Assembly (NCBI GenBank): GCA_963836205.1
Contig: CAWIIV010000022.1
Coordinates: forward strand, 1 to 64,000
DNA: 64,000 nt
Origin: an uncultured Acidimicrobiia bacterium
Lineage (GTDB): Bacteria; Actinomycetota; Acidimicrobiia; Acidimicrobiales; AC-14
Reading direction: 5' to 3'
Position numbers and translations under genes: made by a program. The notes under the pieces were generated by a model. It ran no database searches. It was not told where the DNA came from and worked only from the letters and a program-made list of their open reading frames with translations. Each line of letters opens with the position of its first letter. Positions within the stretch are counted from its first letter, which is position 1. This document shows, piece after piece, positions 55,832 to 64,000 of the stretch.

Positions 55832-56977
55832 ATGCCTGAAAAGACGCTGCCTACCGAAGCCGACATCCTCGAGGCGCTCCGGCCGGTGCAGGACCCTGAG
55901 CTCTATCGCAGCATCGTCGACCTCGGGATGGTCAAGGCCATTCGTATCGAGGGCGGACGGGTCGGTGTCACGGTGGCCCTCACCGTCGCCGGCTGCCCCC
56001 TGCGGGCGGAGATCACCCAGCGGGTGACGGCCGCGGTGCAACCCGTCGAGGGGGTCGACCACGTCGAGGTCGAGCTCACCGTCATGACCGACGAGGAGCG
56101 GGCCGCGGTCCGGGGCCAGCTCCAGTCCAGCCAGCCCCCGCCCGGGCCGCCGCAGGGCGACCACGGCCATGCCGCAGCCGCCATCCCCTTCGGCGAGGGC
56201 TCCCGCACCCGGGTCCTCGGCCTCTCGTCGGGCAAGGGCGGGGTCGGCAAGTCGTCCACCACTGTCAACCTGGCCGTCGCCCTCAGCCGCCTGGGCCACG
56301 AGGTGGCGGTCCTCGACGCCGACGTCTACGGCTTCTCCATCCCCCGCATGCTCGGCATCACCCAGGAGCCGGTGGTGATCGACGGGATGATCGTCCCGCC
56401 GGTAGCCGCCGGTCTGAAGGTGATCTCCACCGGGTTCTTCGTCCCCGACGACCAGGCCGTGATCTGGCGGGGACCGATGCTGCACAAGGCCCTCGAGCAG
56501 TTCCTCACCGACGTCCTGTGGGGCGAGCCCGACTACCTGCTGGTCGACATGCCGCCCGGCACCGGCGACGTGGCCCTGTCGATGGCCCAGTTCCTGCCCC
56601 GGGCGGAGGTGCTGGTGGTCACCACGCCCCAGCCCGCGGCCCAGCGGGTGGCCCAGCGCTCGGCCCTGATGGCCCGCAAGGTGAAGCTGCCGGTGCGGGG
56701 CGTGGTCGAGAACATGAGCTGGTTCACCGGCGACGACGGGAAGCGCTACGAGATCTTTGGCTCCGGCGGCGGCCAACTGCTGGCCGACGACCTGGGCGTG
56801 CCCCTGCTGGCCCGGATCCCGCTGGTCACGGCCCTGCGGGAGGGTGGCGACGAGGGCCGGCCCATCACGGTCACCGACCCCGGCTCGGAGGCGGCGCTGG
56901 CCTTCGAGGCCCTGGCCAAGGCGGTCGAGAGCATGGGCCCCAGCCGCATCTACAAGTCCGAGCTCAAGATCGGCTGA
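55832..56977 (+). CDS. mrp: Mrp/NBP35 ATP-binding protein with N-terminal DUF59 domain
   Basis: DPEL...IVDLG, GKGGVGKS, DADVYGFS, WRGPML, DMPPGTGD, ENMS. Confidence 0.94.
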   Translation: MPEKTLPTEADILEALRPVQDPELYRSIVDLGMVKAIRIEGGRVGVTVALTVAGCPLRAEITQRVTAAVQPVEGVDHVEVELTVMTDEERAAVRGQLQSSQPPPGPPQGDHGHAAAAIPFGEGSRTRVLGLSSGKGGVGKSSTTVNLAVALSRLGHEVAVLDADVYGFSIPRMLGITQEPVVIDGMIVPPVAAGLKVISTGFFVPDDQAVIWRGPMLHKALEQFLTDVLWGEPDYLLVDMPPGTGDVALSMAQFLPRAEVLVVTTPQPAAQRVAQRSALMARKVKLPVRGVVENMSWFTGDDGKRYEIFGSGGGQLLADDLGVPLLARIPLVTALREGGDEGRPITVTDPGSEAALAFEALAKAVESMGPSRIYKSELKIG

Positions 56978-57022
56978 CCGCGCCCTCTGGCCCCGGCCAG
57001 GGTCCCCGCTCGGCTAGACAAG

Positions 57023-58003
57023 GTGACGGTGTTCGGCCTCCTCAGCGCCCTCGCGGCCATCTCCTACGACCCGTTGGTGCGGATCAACATCGGGCCGCTG
57101 TCGATCTCGCCCCACGGGATCGGCATCGCCGTCGGGTTCCTGCTCGGCGCCCGGTTCATGCTGCCCGAGTCCCGCAAGCGGGGGATTCCCGACGAGGAGG
57201 TCTACCCCCTCTTCACCCGGGCCGCCATCGGGGCCATCATCGGCGCCCGGGTGGCCTACGTCGTCAACCACCTCGGCGACTACGAATCGGTGCTCGACAT
57301 CCTGCGGGTGTGGAAGGGAGGCATCTCCCTGCTGGGCGGGATCACCGGCGCCGTCCTCCTGGCCGTCCCCCGGATGAAGATGCGGAAGCTCTCGTTCTGG
57401 AAGATCATGGACTCCGCTGCCCCCGGCCTGGCCCTCGGCATCACCGTCGGCCGCATCGGCGACCTCATCATCGGCGACCACCTGGGCAAGACCACCGAGT
57501 TCTTCCTCGGGTATCGGTGCCCGCCCGGCAGCGTCGAGGTGGGCTCACCGTGCGAACCGGGCACGATCGTGCACCAGACGGCCCTGTACGACCAGATCGG
57601 GGCCTTCGTGCTGCTCCTGGTGCTCCTCCGCCTGCGCAAACGAGTCCACTACGACGGGTTCCTGGCCCTGGTGTTCGTGGCCTGGTACGCCACCAACCGC
57701 ATCATCGAGGACTTTCTCCGGGAGGACCTGCGCCACTTCGGCCTCACCGGCAGCCAGTGGTGGGCCCTCACCATGCTCACCCTCAGCCTGGGCGCCCTTC
57801 TCTTCCTCCGTCGCACGCCGAAGTGGGGGCGGTGGGACGCCGAGCCGCCACCGCCGTCCGCGGGGCCGCCTACCCTGAGCGACGACGAGCCTGAGATCGA
57901 CGAGGACATCGGTGGCGTTGACCGCCCCGAGGAAGGAGAACGCAGTGGAGATCCGGATCGGGGTCATTCAGTCCCCGAGGGAGATCGAGATCGATATGGG
58001 TGA
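57023..58003 (+). CDS. lgt: Prolipoprotein diacylglyceryl transferase
   Basis: IIGARVAYV, VWKGGIS, GRIGD, HQTALYD, RIIEDFLR. Confidence 0.9.
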   Translation: MTVFGLLSALAAISYDPLVRINIGPLSISPHGIGIAVGFLLGARFMLPESRKRGIPDEEVYPLFTRAAIGAIIGARVAYVVNHLGDYESVLDILRVWKGGISLLGGITGAVLLAVPRMKMRKLSFWKIMDSAAPGLALGITVGRIGDLIIGDHLGKTTEFFLGYRCPPGSVEVGSPCEPGTIVHQTALYDQIGAFVLLLVLLRLRKRVHYDGFLALVFVAWYATNRIIEDFLREDLRHFGLTGSQWWALTMLTLSLGALLFLRRTPKWGRWDAEPPPPSAGPPTLSDDEPEIDEDIGGVDRPEEGERSGDPDRGHSVPEGDRDRYG

Positions 58004-58187
58004 CGACGTCGACGGCGAGAAGCTGATCGAGGACATCCAGGAAGCGATGAGCGGCGACTCCGACGCCAACATGCTGTGGTTCACCGACCGCCGGGGCAAG
58101 CGCATCGGGGTCGTCACCGAAAGGCTGGCCTACGTCGAGGTCGGCCCGACCGGCGAGCAACGGCACGTGGGGTTCTCGGCCGTCTAG
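57945..58187 (+). CDS. DUF3107 family protein
   Basis: AAGGAG RBS; MEIRIGVIQSPREI, LAYVEVG, VGF. Confidence 0.88.
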   Translation: MEIRIGVIQSPREIEIDMGDDVDGEKLIEDIQEAMSGDSDANMLWFTDRRGKRIGVVTERLAYVEVGPTGEQRHVGFSAV

Positions 58188-58280
58188 AGGCGGCGAACTG
58201 GGTGACAGTTCTCGGGGCTGGGACCCCGGGAATCGTCTCCAGTTCGGAGCGGCGGCGGCGTCCGTACACTTGGCGTCCGA

Positions 58281-59813
58281 ATGGCCACCCTTGCCGAGAT
58301 CGCCAGCCAGACCGCCCTCGAGGGGCCGGGGCTGGCCCACCTCCAACGATTGGTGGGCACGTGGGGCCTGCTCTCCGACCTGTGCTTCGCCGACCTGCTC
58401 CTGTTCGTCCCGGTCGACGACCCGTCGTCGGGCCGGTTCGTGATCCTGGGCCAGATCCGGCCCACCACCAGCCAGACGCTCTACCGCGAGGACCAGATCG
58501 GCAAGGTCTTCGACTCCTTCGACCGTCCCCTGGTGGCCCGCGCCTGGCGGCTCGGAGACATCATCGACGGCGAGGTCGACATCACCCCGGCGGGGGAGGT
58601 GGCGGGGGTCCAGTGCATCCCCGTGCGGTGGAAGGACTCCCTCCTGGGTGTCCTCACCCGGGAATCGGCCCCCTCCGTCGGTCGGCGCCCGGGCGACCTG
58701 GAGCGGGTCTACGTCGAGATCTTCGACCGTTTCGCCCGCATGATCATCGCCGGCGAGTTCCCGTTCGGGGCGGAGGAGACCGAGCCCGACGAGGCCCCGC
58801 GGGTGGGCGACGGCGTGGCCCGCCTCGATGCCCAGTCGAGGGTCGACTTCGCCTCGCCCAACTTCGTGTCCGTCCTGCACCGCATGGGCATCCATCGCAA
58901 CACCCACGGCGCCCGCCTGGGCGAGATCGGCTTCGACGAGTCGACGGTGCGGGCCGCCTTCGCCATCGGCTTGCCCATCACCGAGGAGATCGAACGCCGT
59001 GACGTGGTGGTGCTGGTGCGCTGCATCCCGTTCCTCGAACACGGCCGGGTGACGGGGGCGATGGTCGTCATGCGCGACGTCTCCGACCTTCGTCGCCGGG
59101 ACCGGCTGCTCATCTCCAAGGACGCCACCATCCGTGAGATCCACCACCGGGTGAAGAACAACCTCCAGACGATCTCGTCGTTGCTCCGGCTCCACGCCCG
59201 CCGCCTGGAGCATCCCGAGGCCCGGGCCGCGCTGGAGGAGTCGGTGCGGCGGGTGCGGTCGATCGCCCTGGTCCACGAGACCCTGTCCGAAGGCGCCAGC
59301 CAGGAGGTGGAGTTCGACCAGATCGTCCGGCCCCTGGTGCGGATGGTGGAGGAGGGGCTGGGCTCGGAGGAGCGCCCGGTGCGCCTGGAGGTGGAGGGCG
59401 ACGCCGGCGAGCTCCGGGCCGAGATCGCCACCCCCCTGGCCGTGGTCCTCACCGAGCTGCTCCAGAACGCGGTCCAGCACGGCTATCCCACCGAGGACGG
59501 GAGCGGGCACCACGCCTTCCCGTCCGGCGACCTCGACGCCGAGCCCCCGCCGCCCCGACCCACGGGTCGAGTGGTCGTGTCGTTCACCAACGACGGCAGC
59601 GAGCTGGTCGTGCGGGTTCGCGACGACGGGGTGGGACTTCCCGAGGGCTTCACCATGCACGGGCCCCGGCTCGGGCTCACCATCGTCCGCACCCTGGTCA
59701 CCACCGACCTCGGGGGGACGATCGACATGCGCAACGACAGGGGGACGGTGGTGGAGCTGCGCATACCGGTGAGCGCCGGCACCGCCATGGAGGCGACTGC
59801 GCCGGGCGACTAG
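58281..59813 (+). CDS. pdtaS: PdtaS-like cytoplasmic sensor histidine kinase
   Basis: WGLLSDLCFADLLL, QIRPTT, PRVGDG, EIHHRVKNNLQ, ELLQNAVQHG, DDGVG. Confidence 0.92.
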   Translation: MATLAEIASQTALEGPGLAHLQRLVGTWGLLSDLCFADLLLFVPVDDPSSGRFVILGQIRPTTSQTLYREDQIGKVFDSFDRPLVARAWRLGDIIDGEVDITPAGEVAGVQCIPVRWKDSLLGVLTRESAPSVGRRPGDLERVYVEIFDRFARMIIAGEFPFGAEETEPDEAPRVGDGVARLDAQSRVDFASPNFVSVLHRMGIHRNTHGARLGEIGFDESTVRAAFAIGLPITEEIERRDVVVLVRCIPFLEHGRVTGAMVVMRDVSDLRRRDRLLISKDATIREIHHRVKNNLQTISSLLRLHARRLEHPEARAALEESVRRVRSIALVHETLSEGASQEVEFDQIVRPLVRMVEEGLGSEERPVRLEVEGDAGELRAEIATPLAVVLTELLQNAVQHGYPTEDGSGHHAFPSGDLDAEPPPPRPTGRVVVSFTNDGSELVVRVRDDGVGLPEGFTMHGPRLGLTIVRTLVTTDLGGTIDMRNDRGTVVELRIPVSAGTAMEATAPGD

Positions 59814-59868
59814 GCCCCGCCCGCCGACGACGGGCAGAGGACCGGGTTCAGCTGGCCCGCGATCGCTG

Positions 59869-60159
59869 TCAGCTGGCGCGGCGGCGCTTGGCCAGCCAGG
59901 CCTTGCGCAGCTTGCGCCGCTCCTCCTCCGACGTGGCGCCCCAGACGCCGGCCTCCTGGTTGGTGGCCAGTGCGAACTCCAGGCACTCGTGCCGGGCCTC
60001 GCACGCCCTGCACACGATCTTGGCCGCCTCGATCTGGTCAAGGGCCGACCCGGTTGTGCCCACCGGGAAGAACAGGTCGGGATCGGTGTCGCGGCAGGAC
60101 GCCTTCTGCCGCCAATCGTCGACGTCCCACTCATAGGGCCGGTTCCACGTCAGTGCCAC
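59869..60159 (-). CDS. whiB: WhiB family regulator (WhiB1-like)
   Basis: CRDTDPDLFFPVG, CRAC...C, GVWG, EEERR; GAGGAG RBS 5 nt before GTG 60159. Confidence 0.95.
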   Translation of the reverse strand: MALTWNRPYEWDVDDWRQKASCRDTDPDLFFPVGTTGSALDQIEAAKIVCRACEARHECLEFALATNQEAGVWGATSEEERRKLRKAWLAKRRRAS

Positions 60160-60172
60160 GAACACTCCTCTT

Positions 60173-60188
60173 TGTGAAGTTGTTCACA
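60173..60188. promoter_or_regulatory. CRP/GlxR consensus site upstream of whiB
   Basis: TGTGA-AGTTGT-TCACA, a perfect TGTGA-N6-TCACA. Confidence 0.8.
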
Positions 60189-60284
60189 AACTGGGCCACT
60201 ACGAATGGGGAAAGAAGACTTGCATCTTGTCGCCCGGAAGACCGTACTTCCCCTACCCCCACCGAACAAGGGGTGAGCCGGGTT

Positions 60285-61217
60285 TCAGCCTCCTCCCTCC
60301 CGCGGGGGAGGCGCCACCACGACCAGGGCGTCGGGCTCGTAGGAGAAGGCCAGCTCCTCGGTCAGGCCCAGGTAATCGCCGTCGACCTGGTACGGGAACG
60401 GGCCCCGGCCGGTGACGGTGAAGGCGAGCAGGTCGGGGCGGTGGTCGACCTGGGGGTTCGACCGCAGCCGCTTGCCGCTCCCCATGGCCGAGGTCAGCAG
60501 GCCGACGACGGCGGGCAGGTGCATGGTGCGGACGGTGACCGCCACCAGGCCCCGCCCCGGCACGGCGTCCTCGGTCAGGTTCAGCGGGATCCGGCCCAGG
60601 TAGGTGTAGGGGTCGGAGTTCATGACGATCGAGTAGGCGCCGGGGACGTCGGCCCCCTGCCCGAACTCCATGGTGAAGTACGAGCGGCGGAGGTCGAAGT
60701 GGCGGGCCAGGGTGGTGAGGGTGGCGTAGACGAACGCGGTCTGGCCCAGCCGGTGCTTGAGGGCGGGGTGGCGCTCGACCTGGCCGACGACAGCGGCGTC
60801 GAAGCCCAGGCCGGCGTGGAACAGGAACCGGCGGCCGTTGACGTCCCCGAGCGGCATGCGCCGGATGGCGCCGGCGGCCAACGAGGCGTCGAGTTGGGCG
60901 ACGGCCTTGGTCAGGTTGTTGGGCACGCCGATCGTTCGGGCGAAAACGTTGGTCGACCCGCCCGGCAGGGGCGCCAGGGCGGTGCCGGTGCCCACCAAAC
61001 CGTTGGCGGCCTCGTTCAGGGTGCCGTCCCCCCCCAACACGACGACCACCTCGGCTCCCCCGGCGGCGGCCTCGGCGGCCAGGGTGGTGGCGTGGTCACG
61101 GCACGCGGTGCAGACCACGGAGAGATCGTGGCCGGCGGCCAGCATCTCCTCGGCCAATCGCTGCTTCTTCGCCGACATCGACGAGGCGTAGGGGTTGACG
61201 AGCAGCGTGACCCTCAT
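60285..61217 (-). CDS. Diacylglycerol kinase family lipid kinase
   Basis: VNPYAS, GGDGTLNE, PGGSTNVFAR, GLGFDA, QVDGDYLG. Confidence 0.92.
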   Translation of the reverse strand: MRVTLLVNPYASSMSAKKQRLAEEMLAAGHDLSVVCTACRDHATTLAAEAAAGGAEVVVVLGGDGTLNEAANGLVGTGTALAPLPGGSTNVFARTIGVPNNLTKAVAQLDASLAAGAIRRMPLGDVNGRRFLFHAGLGFDAAVVGQVERHPALKHRLGQTAFVYATLTTLARHFDLRRSYFTMEFGQGADVPGAYSIVMNSDPYTYLGRIPLNLTEDAVPGRGLVAVTVRTMHLPAVVGLLTSAMGSGKRLRSNPQVDHRPDLLAFTVTGRGPFPYQVDGDYLGLTEELAFSYEPDALVVVAPPPREGGG

Positions 61218-61308
61218 ACCCGCGAGGCGTTCATGACCGCGAGGCCTTCATGCCCGCGAGGCCCTGATGACCGCGAGGCCCTCATGACCGCCCGGCTCTC
61301 ATGACCGC
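61214..61308 (-). repeat. 17-bp tandem repeat, six units, each centred on ATGA (one ATCA)
   Basis: TCAT/TGAT at exactly 61214, 61231, 61248, 61265, 61282 and 61299; links the sigma stop to the kinase start. Confidence 0.92.
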
Positions 61309-62072
61309 ACGACTTCGTCGTCCCCCGTTTCCTCGGCCTGGGAACGCAGCTGGGCCAGGCTGCGGGCCAGCAGGCGGGACACGTGCATCTGGCTGATGCC
61401 GAGGCGGCCGGCGATCTCCGACTGGGTGAGGCCCTCGAAGAAGCGCAGGTGCAGGATCATGCGCTCCCGGGGCGGGAACTGGGCGATGAGGGGCGACAGG
61501 GTGACCCGGTGCTCGGAGTCGATCAGGTTCTGGTCCTCGGAGCCGAGCTGCGACGAGAGCGAACCGTCGTCGTCGCCGCCGGCAGGGGCGTCGAGCGACG
61601 TGAAGCGGTAGGCGTGGCCGGCTTCGATCGCCTCCAGCACCTCCTCCTCCGACACCGCCGCCGCCTGGGCGATCTCGCCGATGGTGGGCGAGCGGCCCTT
61701 TTCCTGCGACAGCGTGCTCACCACCGACCCGAGGCGGAGGTGCAGCTCCTGGACCCGGCGGGGCACGCGCACTGCCCAGCCCTTGTCGCGGAAGTGGCGC
61801 TTGAGCTCGCCCACGATGGTGGGGGTGGCGTAGGTGGAGAACTCCAGGCCCCGCTCCGGGTCGAAGCGGTCGACGGCCTTGAGCAGCCCGAGGGCCGCCA
61901 CCTGGACCAGGTCGTCGAGGGGCTCGCCCCGGTTGGTGAAGCGGCGGGCCAGGTACTCGGCCAGGCCCATGTGGGCCGTCACCAGCTCGTCCCGCAGGCC
62001 GCGGTCGCGGCTCTGAGCGTACTCGTGGAACTTGCGTCGGAGCTCGTCGCGCTCGCGGGCGTCGAATGGCAT
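61299..62072 (-). CDS. SigB/SigF/SigG family sigma factor
   Basis: DDLVQVA, KAVDRFDP, YATPTIVGELKRHFRD, VRVPRR, GISQMHVSRL. Confidence 0.95.
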   Translation of the reverse strand: MPFDARERDELRRKFHEYAQSRDRGLRDELVTAHMGLAEYLARRFTNRGEPLDDLVQVAALGLLKAVDRFDPERGLEFSTYATPTIVGELKRHFRDKGWAVRVPRRVQELHLRLGSVVSTLSQEKGRSPTIGEIAQAAAVSEEEVLEAIEAGHAYRFTSLDAPAGGDDDGSLSSQLGSEDQNLIDSEHRVTLSPLIAQFPPRERMILHLRFFEGLTQSEIAGRLGISQMHVSRLLARSLAQLRSQAEETGDDEVVRS

Positions 62073-62077
62073 CGGCG

Positions 62078-62455
62078 TCAGGCCGGCCGCAGCCGCTTGA
62101 CCATGCGGAACGTCGGTCCTTCGGGTCCCGTGCCCAGATGGACCTCGTCGACCATGGCGCCCAGGATCTGGCTCGACATCGGTGACAGCTTCGGCTCACG
62201 GGACCCGTCGTCGGTGAACCGGCCGGTGCCCTCAACCGCCAGCCCGTCGGCGAGCATCTCGTACCGGAGGGCGACGGTGCCGGCGCGGCCCTTGCCGACG
62301 AGGGCGAAGCACAGCTCGTCGATGGCGATGCGCAGGTCTTCGACGTCGTCGAGGGTGAACCCGATCCTGCTGGCCACGCCCGCGACCATGATCCGGGTGA
62401 TGCGGAGGAACTCCGGCGACGCCGGCACTTCCAGACGCACCTCTCCAGTGGCCAA
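62078..62455 (-). CDS. rsbW: Anti-sigma factor, RsbW-like
   Basis: LEVPASPEF, GFTLDDVEDLRIAIDELC, ILGAMVDEV; GAGGGG RBS before TTG; directly upstream of the sigma gene. Confidence 0.85.
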   Translation of the reverse strand: MATGEVRLEVPASPEFLRITRIMVAGVASRIGFTLDDVEDLRIAIDELCFALVGKGRAGTVALRYEMLADGLAVEGTGRFTDDGSREPKLSPMSSQILGAMVDEVHLGTGPEGPTFRMVKRLRPA

Positions 62456-62806
62456 CCGTTTCCCCTCGCGTTCGTGACCGGCTGAAAGGCGCGGCGCAGA
62501 CGCCCACAGTAAGCCGTCGCCCACGCGAACAAGGAACAGAAGGACCGAACCGGCGGGAGCCCCCACCCGCGCTCGCATCTGCGACCTGCGCTTTCCTGGT
62601 GGTCACCGCTGGTCGGCGTCGATCCGGTCACGACGATTTGGGTGATCCGAAGGATTCGTGCGACTGGATCGTCGTGAATCCGCCCCACGTTTCATGGCGA
62701 TTTGAGTGATCCAAATGCCTGTGGCTGCCGCGCCAACGGGGGGACGGCCCCTGCCCTCGGCCCGGCCGCTGGCGGGGTCAGCTGGGAGGATCGGGGGCCG
62801 CCCGGC

Positions 62807-63066
62807 TCAGGCGTGGTGGTGGGTCGCACCGCCTACGCTCGGCCTCGGGACTCGTCCTCTGGCGTGGTCGGTGGCTCGCAACCGCCCACGACCGGCCCCC
62901 GTCCTCGTGCTCAGGCGTGTTCGGTGGCCCGCCGGCCCACGCCCGGCCCCCGTCCTCGTGCTCAGGCGTGTTCGGTGGTCCGCCCGCCCACGCCCGGCCC
63001 GGAGTACTCGTCCTCAGGCGTGGTCGGTGGCTCGCACCGCCCACGCCCGGCCCCGGTACTCGTCCT
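62807..63066 (-). repeat. Five diverged 51-53 bp tandem units; the rightmost is the 3' end of the adjacent gene
   Basis: Units start at 62807, 62858, 62911, 62962 and 63014 with TC(A/T)GGCGTG. Confidence 0.88.
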
Positions 63067-63976
63067 CCACCGCCAGTCGGAGCGACCAGCCGGTGGCCGG
63101 TTCGCCCGCATCCCACCGGTGCCAGCGCAGGTCGGCGGCCGCCTCGCCCATCTCGTCGGGGTCGAACGGCCAGTCGTCGAGTCCCCCGGCCAGCGCCGCA
63201 ACCGCCCACCACGCCGAGAACCTCCCGTAGGCCATCCCCCGGCGCCGGCCGTGGGCCCCGCCGCTGGCCGCGGCCCAGGCCATCACGGCCAGGGCTTCGG
63301 CGGGCGACACCTCGGCCAGTCGCAGGCCGTCGACCGCCGCGAGGGTGGCGATCGCAGCGGTGACGTCGCCCGCCACGCAGGCGGTGTCGACGGTGCCGTT
63401 CGATTCCTGCTTCCACGCCGCCGCCAGCTCGGCCAGTGCCCGCGCCGCCTCGGGGTCGTCGACGGGCGTGGCCGCCGCGGCCGCCTCGGCCACCGCCACC
63501 GGGTGGAGCGGCGGCGGGGCGACGTCGGGCACCTCGATCTTGTGGGCCCGGTAGGTGGCCAGGGGGTAGTCCGGCTCCCACGGTTGGAGGCGGAGCGGCA
63601 GTTCGAGGGTGGTGCGGTCGATGCCGTCGTCGCCGGTGAGGTCCTCTCCCCGGACGACCCGCTCGTGGGCGACCATCCCCGCGTCGGGCGAGGCCTCGAG
63701 GTGGGGGCGGAGCTCAGCCCAGGTGTGGGTCGACGCCGCCACCTCGGCCAGCGGGCCGAGGGCGAAGCGCCCGGTGCCGCCCACGAGCACGGCCGCCGCC
63801 TCCCGGCCCGGCGCCTCCAGGGCCAGCCGGTACTCGGCGTGGCTGGCCGCCGGCCACAGCTGGCGGCCCCGATCGATGGCCCGCCGGCAGCGGTCGCGCA
63901 GGTCGAGGACGCCGGCCCAGTGGCGGTCGGCGCACAGGTGGTCGATGCGGATGAGGAGGGCGTCGAGGTCGCCCAT
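63014..63976 (-). CDS. Hypothetical protein (DUF6183-like); may start beyond the window edge
   Basis: AEYRLALEA, LGPLAEVAA, ELPLRLQPWEP, AAASGGAHGRRRG; reading frame stays open to position 64000. Confidence 0.7.
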   Translation of the reverse strand: MGDLDALLIRIDHLCADRHWAGVLDLRDRCRRAIDRGRQLWPAASHAEYRLALEAPGREAAAVLVGGTGRFALGPLAEVAASTHTWAELRPHLEASPDAGMVAHERVVRGEDLTGDDGIDRTTLELPLRLQPWEPDYPLATYRAHKIEVPDVAPPPLHPVAVAEAAAAATPVDDPEAARALAELAAAWKQESNGTVDTACVAGDVTAAIATLAAVDGLRLAEVSPAEALAVMAWAAASGGAHGRRRGMAYGRFSAWWAVAALAGGLDDWPFDPDEMGEAAADLRWHRWDAGEPATGWSLRLAVEDEYRGRAWAVRATDHA

Positions 63977-64000
63977 GTCGACCAGGTCGGCCGTCGTCAG

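Noticed and set aside
56700-56770. Mrp lacking the CxxC after ENMS
   Set aside because: Cys-less variants are common among actinobacterial Mrp proteins, so this is not distinctive.
57945-58003. 59-bp overlap of lgt and the DUF3107 gene
   Set aside because: The overlap is a low-complexity Lgt tail, plausibly from stop-codon drift or an indel error.
62807-63066. Diversity-generating retroelement TR/VR pair
   Set aside because: No reverse transcriptase in the window; differences are not adenine-specific and include indels.

Overview
High-GC actinobacterial chromosome segment, most consistent with class Acidimicrobiia (inference from WhiB, PdtaS, DUF3107, class E sortase, type-2 ValRS and a System I ccm operon). 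Several conserved genes carry single-base frameshifts, suggesting an uncorrected long-read assembly. Left to right: oligopeptide-type ABC binding protein, tRNA-Leu(GAG) followed by a decayed islet (Fic gene and integrase relic), TrmH, AlkB-like oxygenase, lipoprotein multicopper oxidase, ABC-F, YceI, a hypCDEF hydrogenase-maturation operon with a PadR regulator and no hydrogenase structural genes, a divergent three-gene operon of paralogous membrane-anchored heptad-repeat proteins (best candidate for an undescribed system), a CbbY-like HAD hydrolase, two ABC exporters, back-to-back valS/cysS, cold-shock protein, a low-GC two-gene insert, an ice-binding (DUF3494) protein, PIN toxin-antitoxin pairs, sortase, ccmABCDEFH(I), an Fe-S locus, lgt, pdtaS, whiB, lipid kinase and rsbW-sigB/F. 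Short tandem repeats recur at gene boundaries, including one that forms a chain of ATGA-coupled mini-ORFs. All family assignments are from motif recognition by eye; no searches were run.
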